From positions 69,812,001 to 69,876,000 of the forward strand of contig JAGIQG010000008.1 of the NCBI GenBank assembly GCA_024679065.1: a DNA stretch of 64,000 nt, in the 5' to 3' direction. The notes beneath the pieces were generated by a model. It saw only the letters and a program-made list of their open reading frames with translations, did not search any database and was not told where the DNA came from. A program made the position numbers and the translations under genes. Positions within the stretch are counted from its first letter, which is position 1; every line of letters begins with the position of its first letter. Source of the stretch: Sphyrna mokarran. Lineage: Eukaryota. Shown here piece after piece: positions 38,845 to 51,241 of the stretch.

Positions 38845-39326
38845 AAGATTTCCAAGATTCCAAGCTCTAGTATCAAATCAGCATTAGACACTGATTGACA
38901 ACATGGTCTGCCAGCTCTGCATATTACTGGTGATTATTAAGCATGCATATACAAACACCATTTATCATATGGAATCTAGCACACTTCCCCATATATCAAA
39001 TTTTGTAGTGTAAGACACATTGTCGTGTCCAGAAAGCAAGTGTTAGAGAACATAATTTTGCCCCAAAATTTGTAACATTAAGGCTTATTATCAATGTTTC
39101 TCTACTGCTAAAACCAATTGAAATTAGGAAATGTGCTCGGTTGTGAGATAGTGATTAAGCAACCTTTTTACCAACTGACCTTCTGCTATCATTGTTGTTA
39201 AGTGCGTAATACACAAGATCACAGATAATCGCCGAAAAAAAATCACCAAAGTGGAGAACATCTTGGACAAGAGCAACTCCTGGTGGATCTTTGTAATATA
39301 TGAATACCTGCACCAACTTTGTCACA

Positions 39327-39538
39327 AGAGGTCACACAGCATTAGTTATAGTCCAACAGGTTTATTTGAAATCACAAGCTTTCAGAACACTGCTCCTTCG
39401 TCAGGTGAAGTGACTTCTCTACTGTGAACTTCACCTAATGAAGAAGCAGTGCTCTGAAAGCTTGTGATTTCAAATAAACCTATTTGACTATAACCTAGTG
39501 TCATGTGACCTCTCATCTTGCCCACCCCAGTCCAACAC
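39327..39538. mobile_element. Fold-back mini Penelope element: two head-to-head pLTR ends, each with a hammerhead motif
   Basis: Arms ~39327-39411 and ~39428-39513 are inverted with a ~16-nt spacer. Minus motif 39372-39408: UCAC CUGACGA A GGAGC AGU GUUCU GAAA GCUU GUGA. The plus copy (39431-39467) has a mutated core CUAAUGA. Confidence 0.85.
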
Positions 39539-40971
39539 TAGGAAACAGAATAATAATTGAATGATTCAACTGCAAGCATCCTGTCATACTTGTCAGTCAT
39601 AACTAAACAAAATCTTGAGAGTTGAAGCAGAGTCCCATGTTGATAAAATAATAGGAGACTCCACAAGTTTAAGGTTTAATCTTCTCAGAGATGCTCAGGA
39701 GAGTGACAAAAATCACTGTTCGGCACATTTTAAAAGACCATTTCACCCATCATGCTTCTGCCAACTCTTTGGTAGATGGATCAAATTTGTCCATTCCCCC
39801 TGTCTTAGGCCTGTAAATGTTTTCCTTTCAAGTATTTATTTAATTTGCTTTTGAATCTGCTTCCAACATGCTTTCAGGCAGTCCATTGCAGCTCACAACA
39901 ACTCATTGTTCTTCCTCATGTCATTTCTGGTTCTTTTGCCAATCAGCTTTAATCTGTGTCCTTTGATTACTGACTGTTCTGCCATTGAAAACAGTTTCTC
40001 CTTATGTAGTTATCAAAATTAGTTTGAACACTATCAAATCTTCTACTAGCTTTGACTGACGTCTCCTTACAGATGCTGCCAGACCTGCTGAGATTTTCCA
40101 GCATTTTCTTTTTTGGTTTCTTCTCCTCTCTTTGAATAAAGGAGAAAACCTTCAGCTTCTCCAGTCTCTACATAACTGAAGTCCCTCATAGAGGTTTTGC
40201 AGACTGTCTAAAACATTTGCATCTATCCTAAATATGATGTACAGAATTGAATATACTCTATCTGAGATTTAAACATTTAATAAATGAAGAGCTCAACTTT
40301 TTTGCTTTTGCACTCCATCACTTTATTAAAAAGCCAAGGATTCTACATTCTTTAACTCTGTTTTCTCTCCATACAGATGCTGCCAGATCTGCTGAGTTTT
40401 TACAACATTCTCTATTCTCATGTCATTCTAAAATCTGTTACCATTCTTGTTATTTTACCACATTTCAGAGCTTCATATCATCTATAACAAAGTCCAGATT
40501 ATTAATATACAGTAAAAAGAACAACAGTCCCAATACCAACCCTTGTGGGACATCACTCCCTCCAGTCTGAAAATCAGCCATTCACCACTCCTCTCTGCTT
40601 TCTGTTACAGGCAATTTTGAATCATGCTGTCAGTTTCCACTTACTTCCATTGGTTATGAATGCAATGGGATCTATATCTGGTGCTTTGTCAAAACAGCTT
40701 TTGACTATATGTACACTACATTACCTTCCTCCAACATCCCCATTATTTCATCAAAGAATTCAATCAGGTAAATCAAAAATGATTTGCCATGATCATATCC
40801 GTGCCAATTTTCATTTATTAGCTCATACTTTTCATTTTGTTCTATGATTGTCTTTGAAGATTTTGCCACCATTGATGCAGGGCTGATTGATCTTTTGTTG
40901 CCAAGTTATCAGTTTGCTGTTTTTAAAGCATTTATGGTTCTGTAATCTCCTGGCACCACCCCATATCTAAA

Positions 40972-42170
40972 ATTTGATTTGATTTATTATTGTCACATGT
41001 ATTATTTTGCAGTAAATATACAATCTGTTCATAGAGAAGGAAAGGAGAAAGTGCAATGTATGTAATGTAATGTGATGGTTATAGCTAGTGTGCAGACAAA
41101 TATCAACTTAGTATGTGCTAGGTCCATTCAAAAGTCTAATGGTAGCAGGAAAGAAGCTATTCTTAGTCAGTTGGCACATGACCTCGGACTTTTATATCTC
41201 TCCAAATGGAAGAAGTTGGAAAAGAGAATGTCCAGGGTGCATAGGGGTCTTTGATTATGCTGGCTGTTTTTCCAAGGCAGCAGGAAGTGTAAACAGTCAA
41301 TGGTTGGGAGGCTGGTTTGCCTGATATACTGGGCTTCATTCATGACCCTTTGTAGTTCCTTGTAATTTTGGACAAGCTGTGGTACAACCAGAAAGAATGC
41401 TTTTATGATGCACCTGTAAAGGTTTGTGACTTTCATAGCTGACGCACTAAATTTTCTTAGCCTCTTGAGAAAGTAGAGGTGCTGATGGGCTTTCTTATCT
41501 ATAGCATTGGAGTGGAGGGACCAGAATAGGTTATTTTCTCGACGCCTAGAAACTTGAAGCTCTTGACCATTTCCTCTTCATCCCCATAGATGTAAACAGT
41601 GGCATGTCCTCCACCACACTTTCTGACATCGATGACTATCTCTTTGAGGGATAAATGTTGGTTAGAACACAAGGGATATCCTTCCTGTTCTTCTTTGAAA
41701 CAGTGCCATGGAATCATATTTATCCACTTGAGCAGACAGATGGGGCCTCAGTTCTGATGATGGAACACTCCCTCAGTACTGCATTGGAGTGTAGCTTTGT
41801 CAAACGCTTGAAGGGGGTTTTGGATGAGGTACCTTGTGACACTCAAACACATGCTACATGTCTCCTTGGGGAAGAAATGATTATCGTCACACCAGTTTCT
41901 TTAACTCTTTCCTGTACTCCATCTTTTTTGATATACAATCCATTATTTGAAAATGGAGTTGGAGGAGAATTTGGCCACACAGACATCGGTATATAAGGAG
42001 TATGGTAAGGGGCTGAGGATACATTCTTGTGAGGCACTGGTGTTGAGATGATCATGGAAGAGGTGTTGTTGCCAATCCTTACTGATTCCGATCTGTGGGT
42101 TAGGAAATCTAAGATCCAGTCACAGAGGGAGGAGCTGAGTCCCCGGCCACGGAATTTGGAGATGAGAATA
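40972..42170 (-). mobile_element. Rex1/Babar-type LINE 3' part, interrupted by a DeuSINE fragment (~41645-41800)
   Basis: KEIVIDVRK..GH..VYI.G.E.EMVKSFKFLGV and a decayed TGAPQGCVLSPLLY-like motif; (ATCAA)n-type tail at ~40972-40985. Confidence 0.75.
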
Positions 42171-42353
42171 AAACATATTGATCAAGCCAGTTTTCTTGTA
42201 TAAATTTCAGGAATTTTGCCTCCTCTTTGCCCTTTGCACAGATAATATTCAATCTATGTTGAAATAATTGGAATCTCCTCTTTCATCTTTCTGTAATTGC
42301 CTGTATATTGACTCCTGCCTACTATTTACTGGCCTTCAATGTACACCCTATAG

Positions 42354-42704
42354 CATGATGTAGAGATGCCGGCGTTGGACTGGGGTAAACTCAGTAAAGT
42401 TTTACAACACCAATTTTAAATCCAACCAATTTATTTGATAGTAAATCCGCGAGCTTTCAACACTATGTGCCTTCGTCAGGCAAATGCAGTGTTCTGATCT
42501 GCAGAGGCACTCATATCCACACAGACAGTTACAGATTGCTGATTAGAATGTGAATCCTTACATCTAACCTGCTATTCAAGTGTTAAAGTGGCTAACAATC
42601 TGTGTGAAGGGAATCCTGAGCATTGGTTAGAGAATTGTGTATTTTGTTGTGTTTTGTTGCGTAATTGTGTTAGAATTGGTGTTGTAAAACTTTACTGAGT
42701 TCAC
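42354..42704 (-). mobile_element. Penelope pLTR insertion (same family as 31150-31822) with TSD
   Basis: First ~245 bp match the pLTR in reverse; short inverted terminus at right; 13-bp direct repeat CACCCTATAGCAT at 42344-42356 and 42702-42714. Confidence 0.85.
42445..42485 (-). ncRNA. Minimal type-I hammerhead ribozyme motif (best-paired stem I)
   Basis: Minus strand: AUUUGC CUGACGA A GGCAC AUA GUGUU GAAA GCUC GCGGAU. Confidence 0.75.
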
Positions 42705-43017
42705 CCTATAGCATAACAGCTCCACGATTTTAAGAATTTTAACCAAATAAACTCAGTCTTTCAGCCATCAACTAAATCATTGCTCTCCAGTCTGACATTA
42801 GTTTCTTCAATCAATGCGCTCACCCATCCACTCTTTTCCTTCCTTCCTGCACATTCATACCTATCCTCACACTTCCAACTTTTCTCCCATTTCTGGACTG
42901 CCTGAATTCTTGGGCTATTTTTCTGCCCTAGTTCAGTGTACCCTTGTTCATCTCCTTTAATGTATCATTCTGGTGCCTGACCCGCCCCCTCTCATCTTGT
43001 GAAATTATTCTTTCCCC

Positions 43018-43396
43018 ATATAGAACAAAGAACAATACAGCATGGGAAACAGGCCCTTCGGCCCAACAAGCCACGCTGCCATTTTAACGTTCACACTTCC
43101 ACCCATGACCCTTGTCTACGTTTATGGAAATCTGCATTTAAACCAAACTGGGGAGACAATTTAGGGACAATTTGTTTCGCCAATCAGCCTAAGAGCACAT
43201 CTTTGGGGTGTGGGAGGAAACTGGAGCACCCGGAGAAAACCCATGCAAGTGCAGGGAGAATGCGCAAACTACCACAAATACCAGCCAAAATCCTTGTATC
43301 TGCAAAGTAACAGTGATAGTCACAGAGCTGTCATGTTGCCCATCAACTGGTCCAGTTTAAGCGTACACTAACGGCGTGAAGCACTAGGCTACTCTC
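43018..43396 (-). mobile_element. V-SINE variant with atypical head, copy 2
   Basis: Homologous to 23903-24236 over head, V-domain and tail. Confidence 0.8.
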
Positions 43397-43529
43397 AAAA
43401 AATCCAAGAGCCCATTGTGTGTATGCCCCTTGTTGGACAACAAGGAGGTCCGAAGTACCTATAGGATAAAAGAGAAATACATCAATAACATGCACGACTT
43501 ATGCAATTCCCAGGAATGTCCCGAGGCTC

Positions 43530-43850
43530 ATGATCCCTATTTAAATCAGTCTTCTATATCCCTCCATTCCTATTTTGCTCATGTGCCTATCTAAGTATCT
43601 CTTAAATAACTCCAGCGTGTCTGCCTCCATCACCTTATTTGGCAGTGCGTTCCATACCCCCACAATCCTCTCTATGAAAAACCTCCCTCTAACATCCAAA
43701 GTATACCTTCCCCCCTCACCCTAAACCCGTGGCCCCTCGTGATATTTGATTCCAACCTAGGAAAAAACTTAGCGCTGTTTACTCTATCTAATCTTGTACA
43801 CCTCTATTAGATCTCCTCTCAGTCTCCGTCTTTCTAAAGAAAGCAGAGTG
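43530..43850 (-). mobile_element. CR1 3' fragment
   Basis: Minus-strand SLERRRLRGDLIEVYKI. Confidence 0.75.
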
Positions 43851-44289
43851 TTCTGAACAAGGGCAAGTTACTCATTTTGCATAGAAAGGATGGGGACAAT
43901 GAATTTATGAACATTATAGCAAATGAACTTCGTGCTGAGGTCGTACTTCTAATCCTAACAGTTGGTGAAATTAGCAGTTAACCTTTCTGGTTAACCTTCC
44001 ACTAGTCTCAACATTACTAAGGTGCAACCCATTCACTTTAAACAGATTTCTCCTGCTCTAGAACTGACTTCAACTCTCCAGGAATCTGAAGGCTTCCATC
44101 CTGCATTATTTCTTCAACCTTGTATTAATCCATTTTATCCGACTATTCTAAAATGCACTGAGGGATTATCCAGAGGTTGCTACCTACTCTTTTGTTTCCT
44201 CGAAAGCTTCTGATATCAAGACCACTCAACCTTTTTCCTTCCTGTGTCATTGGTTCTTATGTGAACCACAACTTTTAACTGTTCCTCTT

Positions 44290-44615
44290 AAAATCATAAA
44301 ATCTCTACAGTGCAGAAGGAGACCATTTGGCCCATCAGTCTACACCGACCACAACCCTACCCAGGCCCTATTCCTATAACCCCACATATTTACCCTGCTA
44401 ATCCCCTGACACTAGGGTCAATTTAGCATGCCTAATCAACCTAACCCGCAAAACTTTGGAATGTGGGAGGAAACCGGAGCTCCCAGTGAAAACCCAGGCA
44501 AAGAGAACAGGAAGAATATGCAGACTCCACACAGGCAATGACCCAAAGCCGGAGCTGAAACTGGATCTCTGGCGCCGAGGCAGCAGTGCTAACCACTGTG
44601 TCACCATGCCACCCC
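44290..44615 (-). mobile_element. HE1-like V-SINE
   Basis: tRNA-like head, V-domain GGGAGCTCCGGTTTCCTCCCACATTCC and CR1-derived tail. Confidence 0.85.
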
Positions 44616-44907
44616 ACTATACGACCATGTTCAGCACTAAAATGTTCATCACTTTCTCAGTGATCCCCTTTACCGTAGCACCATATATTATTTGGGACAC
44701 GTGCTAATAGTTTTATAAAGACTTGTCTATCCCCTGATCAAATCCCCCTGACCACTATCTTTTATACATAGTTGTGCCTCCTGTGTAATCATTTACCCCA
44801 CATTATTATAGTTGTGCAATGAAAACTGATTGAAAGTACCACAGTTCTGGAGGCTTTCTGCCTAAATTGCCTCTTTTTATTCTGCTGGATGGCCCTCATT
44901 TATTATA

Positions 44908-45075
44908 ATAAAGGCAAATTACTGTGGATGCTAGAATCTAAAACAAAAACAGAAAATGGTGGAAAATCTTTGCAGATCGGACAGCATCTGTGGAGCAAGA
45001 ATACAGCTAATGTTTTTTCTCTTTTCTCTGATGTTGTCAGACTGCTGAGATTTTGTACCATTTTCTATTTTTGGC
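44908..45075. mobile_element. Decayed fold-back Penelope pLTR pair (same family as 15156-15346)
   Basis: AAAACAGAAAATGGTGGAAAATCT..GACAGCATCTG / GATGTTGTC..GAGATTTTGTACCATTTTCTATTTT. Confidence 0.6.
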
Positions 45076-45149
45076 TCTCACTTACTATTCTCCTGAATGT
45101 TCTGTAATTGTGGAATGACCACTTCCTGGACTGTGAGGTCCAGAAAATA

Positions 45150-45920
45150 ATTCTCAAAACCTTCAGTGATTACAGTCTTTCAAGTTCTGAAATCTTGAGC
45201 TGGAGTTCAAGCAACTGGAGGTATTTCCTATGTGTGTGACTATCCAGGACACATGGCACAGAAACAATGCAGGCAAAGGATTCTTAGCTGTTCCATTATT
45301 TTAGTTAAAACTCTAATATATTTATATATGCTTAATAGATCTTTACTCCTATTTATTATTTAATTTGTGTGCATCAGATTTTTATTTAATGTAATTAGGA
45401 CCTGTTTAATATTACTGTCCTCCACAATGTTGTAGCTGTTAGAAACTGATTATCAATAGCCAGTCACAATAATTAACATCAAGTTAAAAGTCCATTATAA
45501 CTGATTAACTGTTAACTGCTCCTAACTAAAACTTTACTTCAACTGTAAAAATGAGAAAATTAATTAGTTAACTAAAATTAATTAGTTAATTAATTTTAAG
45601 TTGGTAATAACCCACCACAGAACCTATTGTACTTAGCAGTGGATTTCTTCCCTCACCAAATTCCTGTCATGACTCCATTTAGTGTCAGTGTGCACACCTT
45701 ATCATTTCTTGTGTTAAAATTTTTATACTTTCATATGAACTTTAGTTATAGCATTAAGAAGCCTGTTATTAGTTCCCTCACCTTCTTATCAGTGATCAAA
45801 TTCTCCTACTCAACCTGAACATAATTTTGAATAATTGTTGTCCACGGACCACAACTCAATTTTACTTCCTGTTTTGACCCTGAGCCTTTTTCCTTTGAAG
45901 AGCAGCAGAAGGAGCCAGTT
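45150..45920 (-). mobile_element. Possible CR1 5' region (ORF1 N-terminus and AT-rich 5' UTR), highly decayed
   Basis: Minus-strand CVLDSHTHRKYLQLLELQLKISELE resembles the CR1 ORF1 zinc-finger/coiled-coil start. Confidence 0.45.
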
Positions 45921-46928
45921 GTAAGTTATTCAGTGTTTTTAATCAAGTTGTATTTTAAATATTATGAGCTCAGGAAATCACTAGGGGAATTTCATACTAA
46001 ATTCATTGCAGTGTTAATGTAAGCCTTACTTATGACTAATAAATAACTTTATTTAAACATTCTCCTCTCTCCTCCCCAATTCAATACTGTCTTTCCATCC
46101 CAGCTCTCTATAGTCACCTGTGATACTATGCTATACTTATCATATATGCCTTCTCTTTTCAATTTCCCCACCCTATTACTGATGTGTTATCTCTCCATTC
46201 CTTACCACTCATATGTCTATATTACATACACTCTATTTGCTCCAGGTATATCTACTCAGCTCTACTAATCCACATACCTTCCAATTCCCTCTTACACCTG
46301 TACACACTTCCTATAACATATCAGCCTTTAGAAAATGTTTACCAGCATTTGCCCGCAAAAGCTGAACTTTAAAAAAGAAAAATAACCAGATCATCAGTTG
46401 AATGTTTTATTGTTAATCAGGGCATAATGAATGTAATGATGGACTTTGAACTGGAAAGCATCACTGATACCCCTCATAAAACATAATTTGACTCTTCAGT
46501 TATTCTAAATTACCCAGACTCCAGATCTGATATGATGTTGCATATTAGGTGTGTGTAGCAAAGACACGTAAATGGAGCCAACCATGATCTAAAAGAATTA
46601 AGCAGTTCTTGCACCTCCATGACATTTCAAAGTACTTTGCAGGCAATGAAGAACTAATTGAGTCGTAGAAGTGTTGCAACATAAACCTGCTCCTAGTCTT
46701 ACGAAGCACATTTTCTGACTAACCTTGAAAAATGTTCCAGGATATGGTGATTATGCATAAATGTTACGTGAAAAAAACATATTGACCTCGCCTCCTCTTA
46801 GTTTATAGTCTAGTTAAGCCTGGTAATATTTTTGATGGGAATTTCATTTTAACTCCCAACTTTCCAGCAAACCAAACACTTTACTTAAAGTCAATTAAGT
46901 ACAAACTACCTGAGAAATAATTGTCTAT

Positions 46929-47240
46929 AGGGTGGCATGGTTTCACAGCTCTAGGGACCTGGGTTCAATTCCTGACTTGGTTCACTATCTGTATGGAGTT
47001 TGCATATTCTCCTCGTTTCCTCCGGGTGCTCTGGTTTCTTCCCATGGTCCAAAGATGTACCAGTTAGGTTGATTGGCTGTGTTAAAATTGCCCCTCGTGT
47101 CCTGAGATGCATAGGTTAGAGGGATTAGCAGGTAAATATGTAGGGATACGGGGGTAGGGCCTGTGCGGAATTGTGGTTGGTGCAGACTCGATGGGCCAAA
47201 CTGGCCTCTTTCTGCATTGTAGGGTTTCTATGATTCTATG
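46929..47240 (+). mobile_element. HE1-like V-SINE
   Basis: B-box GGGTTCAATTCC, V-domain GGAGTTTGCATATTCT..TTTCCTCCGGGTGCTCTGGTTTC and tail TTCTATGATTCTATG. Confidence 0.85.
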
Positions 47241-48829
47241 AACTAGGTAAATCTAAACAGAACCCTGCCCCACCAATTTCACCTTCCAGTTTGGGTTGGT
47301 TTCTTCATCTGAAGTCCTGTTAATAAAATGGAATAATCACATCTCTCATACTAATGAAATCACTGGGGAGTGGAACAACGAGATTCATCCAAATTGTCAC
47401 TCAACTTTGAAAAGTCATGTGATATCATTGCCCAATGAAATTGTTGGAAAGGGACTGGCTAATTTATATAGACTCTGTTACTTAGGTTATAATATCTCAA
47501 TTTACTGTAAGGCTAGGATTCGTTTTAAAATATTACTCATGTTAATTACACCTCGTTCTCAATTTAAACCTATTCTTTCCTAACTGCAATACAAATTTGA
47601 AACTTTCATAGACTAAACCTGAAAAGGGGCAGTATGTGTAAAATATTTTACACCTCTAAAAATTAATTAAAAGTAATAATATTGTGGTTTAAAAGTTCTG
47701 CATTAGCTTAAGCACGCGCACTAACGGTGTGAACATGTTTAATTAGAATTTGGAATGGGAAGAGTTAAAGAAAATATTACTGTGTTGGGACTTTAGTAGA
47801 CTTCGTTCGTGCCTGCACATTTTTAAACCTTCCACTTAAACTTGATTTGTAGAATATCAGTGATCCGATCTATCACTTGATCGACAAAAGTATTAAATGC
47901 ATCATATTAAAAATAGGAAAGTCTTTTGGATGGAAGAACGTTACAATTGGCTTTGTTAAACGAATGAAAACAAAAGACTAATTGAAACCGGATTCTGGTT
48001 CATTCTCTTTCTCGCAGGAGCTGCAATAAACCTGGGTGAACATTTCCACACGTCAACTGGGAGGGGAAAAAAAAACTCATGAAAGCATTTTGGAGGAAAA
48101 TAAATAATAAAAGCATTGCATTAAAAACAAACTCCTAATTTAATAATTTCAAATATCATGCAGCTCCAATTATTGTTTTAGGGAGGAGACAACAGCTTTT
48201 TTTTCTTTGATTCTTCACTCTAACCCAATTATTGCAGCTTGAAATCTGAAACCCAGTAACTAAAACTTTCAAGCACTCTTCCGCCATTTTGTACCAAACT
48301 ACAGAAGTGAAACAAATTCAAATCTACAATATAATAATCCCTTTATAAACTTCAATCATTTTCGCTCTTCCCAAAGTGTAAAAAATATTAAGTTAATATA
48401 AACAATAGCTTATTGATAATATACAAATAAAGTTTGAAACATTTTTTGAAGAAAAATGTTAACATTTATTATATTGCAGGTTTGCATTTCTTCAACATAT
48501 TTGTAAAATAGTCAAAGTGTGACCTGTGGGGGAATTATTTATAAACATATTTTGTCCCTAAAGTAGGTGAGATTTTTATTTCTTGAAATTAACAAATTTG
48601 AATGACAGATCAGGTATTTCAAATTATCCAATAACAGGCAATTATTAAACATTCATCCCTCGTTGTGTAGAAATTGCATGGAGAACTCCAATTAAAAATC
48701 ATGTAAAGGGATTACAAATAAAAGTTCATAATTTTACGAAAAGTGACCAAATTTTTTTAAAAATTGGTATGTTTGTGTTTTTCATTTGGACAAAAATGCT
48801 TGGAATAAGTTATCTCATACTTTTTTTAA

Positions 48830-48937
48830 AAAAGAGAGAAAGTTAAATAAATAATAAAAAGGATAGAAAGTTAAATAAATAATAAAAAGAGAGAAAGTTA
48901 AATAAATAATAAAAAGAGAGAAAGTTAAATAAATAAT
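48830..48937. repeat. Minisatellite, ~27-bp unit GAGAGAAAGTTAAATAAATAATAAAAA, about 4 copies
   Basis: Directly visible tandem units just upstream of the CpG island. Confidence 0.9.
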
Positions 48938-48944
48938 CCCAGTT

Positions 48945-50126
48945 GAGTTCGGAGTAAAGTGAGGAGTCGCTACATCCGGGCACCTTCCCTAGGCAATGAG
49001 AGCCACAACACTGCCGTTCCTTAGGCAAAGTGAAATAAATTCGCCACCGCTCGCGCTATGAAATAGTTCCCCTCTCCCGGCTCTCGGTTCAGCTTCCCCC
49101 CCTCCTCCCCCGCTCGCGTGACCTGCCTCGCGCGCGCCCGCGCGCCCGGGGGGGAGGCGAGCACCTCCAGCAAACTGATCGGCGAGGGCATGGGAGGTGG
49201 GCGGCGCGGTGGGAGCGAGCGGAGTGAGGCGCGGGCGCGCGGTGGGAGCGTGTGAGCGAACAGAGTGAGGTGCGGGCACGCGCGTGGAGTAGGGAGTGTG
49301 GTTTGGGGACCGGGGCGGGGGGAGGGGAGCAGGGATTGAGCGTGAAGCCCAGTAAGTAAGTGAGGAGGAGAGAGAGAGAGAGAGGGGCAGGGGTGCGCGC
49401 ACAACACAGCTACTTTCTTTTCTTGAAGGAGGGAGGGGAAATAATTGGAAGTTTTCTTTAACCCAGATTTTTTTTTAAAAAAAGGAAATCAAAAGGAAAA
49501 GTAAAATAAATTTCGGCCGCTCGTTTCACACCGAGGTGTTTTTTTTTCAGGATTTGTCCCCCCAGCTCTTCCTTCCCCCCCTCCCTTTCCGTTTTATATT
49601 CTGAGTCGGTTTATTTTCGGTGCCATTTTATTTGATAATTTTTTGATTTGGGCCCCCCTCTGTTGATAATAATTTGGAGGTGGGGGGGAAATGTTTTTGA
49701 AGTTGTTGTTGGTCGGGCAGCTCACCGCCCCCCTCTGGCTCGGCGGCGGCGCAGAGTGATGAGTCCGGTGGATGGGAGAACTTGTTTTGCCTTCACTCTC
49801 CCTGTATCTTTCTGTTTCCCCTTCTCTCTATCTATACATTTTTATATATATATTTTATATATAAAACATATTTATCAATATAAATAAAAAGCAGATATTT
49901 ATACACATGCGGCCGACCGCGATGTTTAATGGACTTTATTCTCCCTCGTGAAATTATTTCGGGCCCTGTTTTTGTTGAATTGTATTTTTTATACTCTTTT
50001 TGGCTGCGTGAGGAAAGAGGGGAGGGGGTGAAGAGAAGGGGAGCCGGGTATTTCCTTTTTTTTAACCTTTTAAAGGGGGTGTGGAGGAAAAAAAAGTGAA
50101 GGAAAGTGGCGCGGGAAGTAGAGGAG
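48945..50126 (+). promoter_or_regulatory. CpG-island promoter and 5' UTR region of the PHF21 gene
   Basis: Sharp rise in CpG and GC content (49040-49400) in an otherwise CpG-depleted window; GC box GGGGCGGGG at ~49312; donor-like GTAAGT at 49352 and 49356; acceptor-like T-tract+CAG ending at 49550. Confidence 0.8.
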
Positions 50127-50180
50127 ATGGAGTTACAAACTCTGCAGGAGGCTCTGAAAGTGGAAATCCAGTTTCATCAG
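50127..50180 (+). CDS. PHF21A: PHD finger protein 21A (BHC80) family, first coding exon: MELQTLQEALKVEIQFHQ
   Basis: Matches the remembered PHF21A N-terminus MELQTLQEALKVEIQVHQ; Kozak context GAGATGG; donor CAG|GTAACC. The paralogue PHF21B is not formally excluded. Confidence 0.92.
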
Positions 50181-50846
50181 GTAACCTGGTCTCTTTTTAT
50201 TTATTGCATGAAGTGTATGTGTTTTAATTCCAACCACTACCTCTCAGCGACACACACATTAGGCACATCTGCTAGAAGGGAATAATTGGCCAGAAACCAT
50301 TTTATGCTTTGTTTTAGATAAAAAGTACAATGCAAATCACAAACTTTTTAAATTCAGGCTGTGCCTTAATATTTTGAGTATTTGGAAACTACATCACCTA
50401 GTCATTTTTGGGAGAATGTGGAAAACAAAAATAAATGGATAAGTGAAGTATATTCTTGTAATTTGAGTAATGAATAAAAGTTAGGAATTTGTGGGAACTA
50501 TTACACTTTTTAAGAAAAAGACTTGTAAACATTTTATATGTAGAACAATTCTGTACTTATATTCTAGAAGCATTATTCACTTCTAACTGATTTTTGTTTT
50601 GGTAGAAATCAGGAAGAATATTTTTTGAGGACTTCTTTATTAAGACCTTATGTGTGTGTATATAATTTGAAGCCATCTGAGCAGTCTCAAAGTCCATATC
50701 TGTTGAAGAAAGTAGATATAGTTAGCATAACACTTGACCTCAGAGGCTGGATTGATCAATAAAACCAGCCCTTGTTATATTCACTGTGGAATGTCTCCTC
50801 TCTCATAGGACATTAATTTTCTCTATTTCATCTCTTCTCCAAACAG

Positions 50847-50879
50847 AAACTTGTGGCCCAAATGAAACAGGATCCACAG
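50847..50879 (+). CDS. PHF21A: PHF21A coding exon 2 (33 nt): KLVAQMKQDPQ
   Basis: Pyrimidine tract + AAACAG acceptor, donor CAG|GTATAT, phase 0; peptide continues the PHF21A sequence. Confidence 0.92.
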
Positions 50880-51241
50880 GTATATTTTGTTTTTGTGTCC
50901 TGTTTACTCTTTTGTGTGTTTCAAAATATATTTATTACATCACATTTTCACATTTGATTTCACATTTTCTAAATTTTAATGGCATGTATAATATGGATTT
51001 TAGTTTTGAAAATGAAGTATAGTTTTAGTTTATTCCAAAGCCTTAAGCAGTTTTAAATAGGGTAAGACAAAGCAAATGAGGTATTTCTGTTAGTCATTAT
51101 TTTAAAAAAGGCTTTTTGATTTTTTTTCCTCTCTACCGTGTTCAACTGGAAATGTTGAATGACTCATTTTCCCAGTATGGGGAAAAAGGTTATCTTATTG
51201 CTAATACTAGTCTAACATATTGTTAAAATTTTATTTCACAG

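Noticed and set aside
45555-45602. AT-only palindromic stretch AATTAATTAGTTAATTAATT
   Set aside because: Low complexity, probably part of a decayed CR1 5' region.
46929-46975. tRNA-like A/B boxes, here and in other SINE heads
   Set aside because: Followed by V-domain and LINE tail; no complete cloverleaf, so SINEs rather than tRNA genes.
48830-48937. Short repeat array considered as CRISPR-like
   Set aside because: No spacers, no cas genes, eukaryotic context.
48989-49407. Pro/Arg/Ala-rich minus-strand ORFs of 137 and 128 aa
   Set aside because: Typical stop-poor frames in a CpG island; no recognisable protein.
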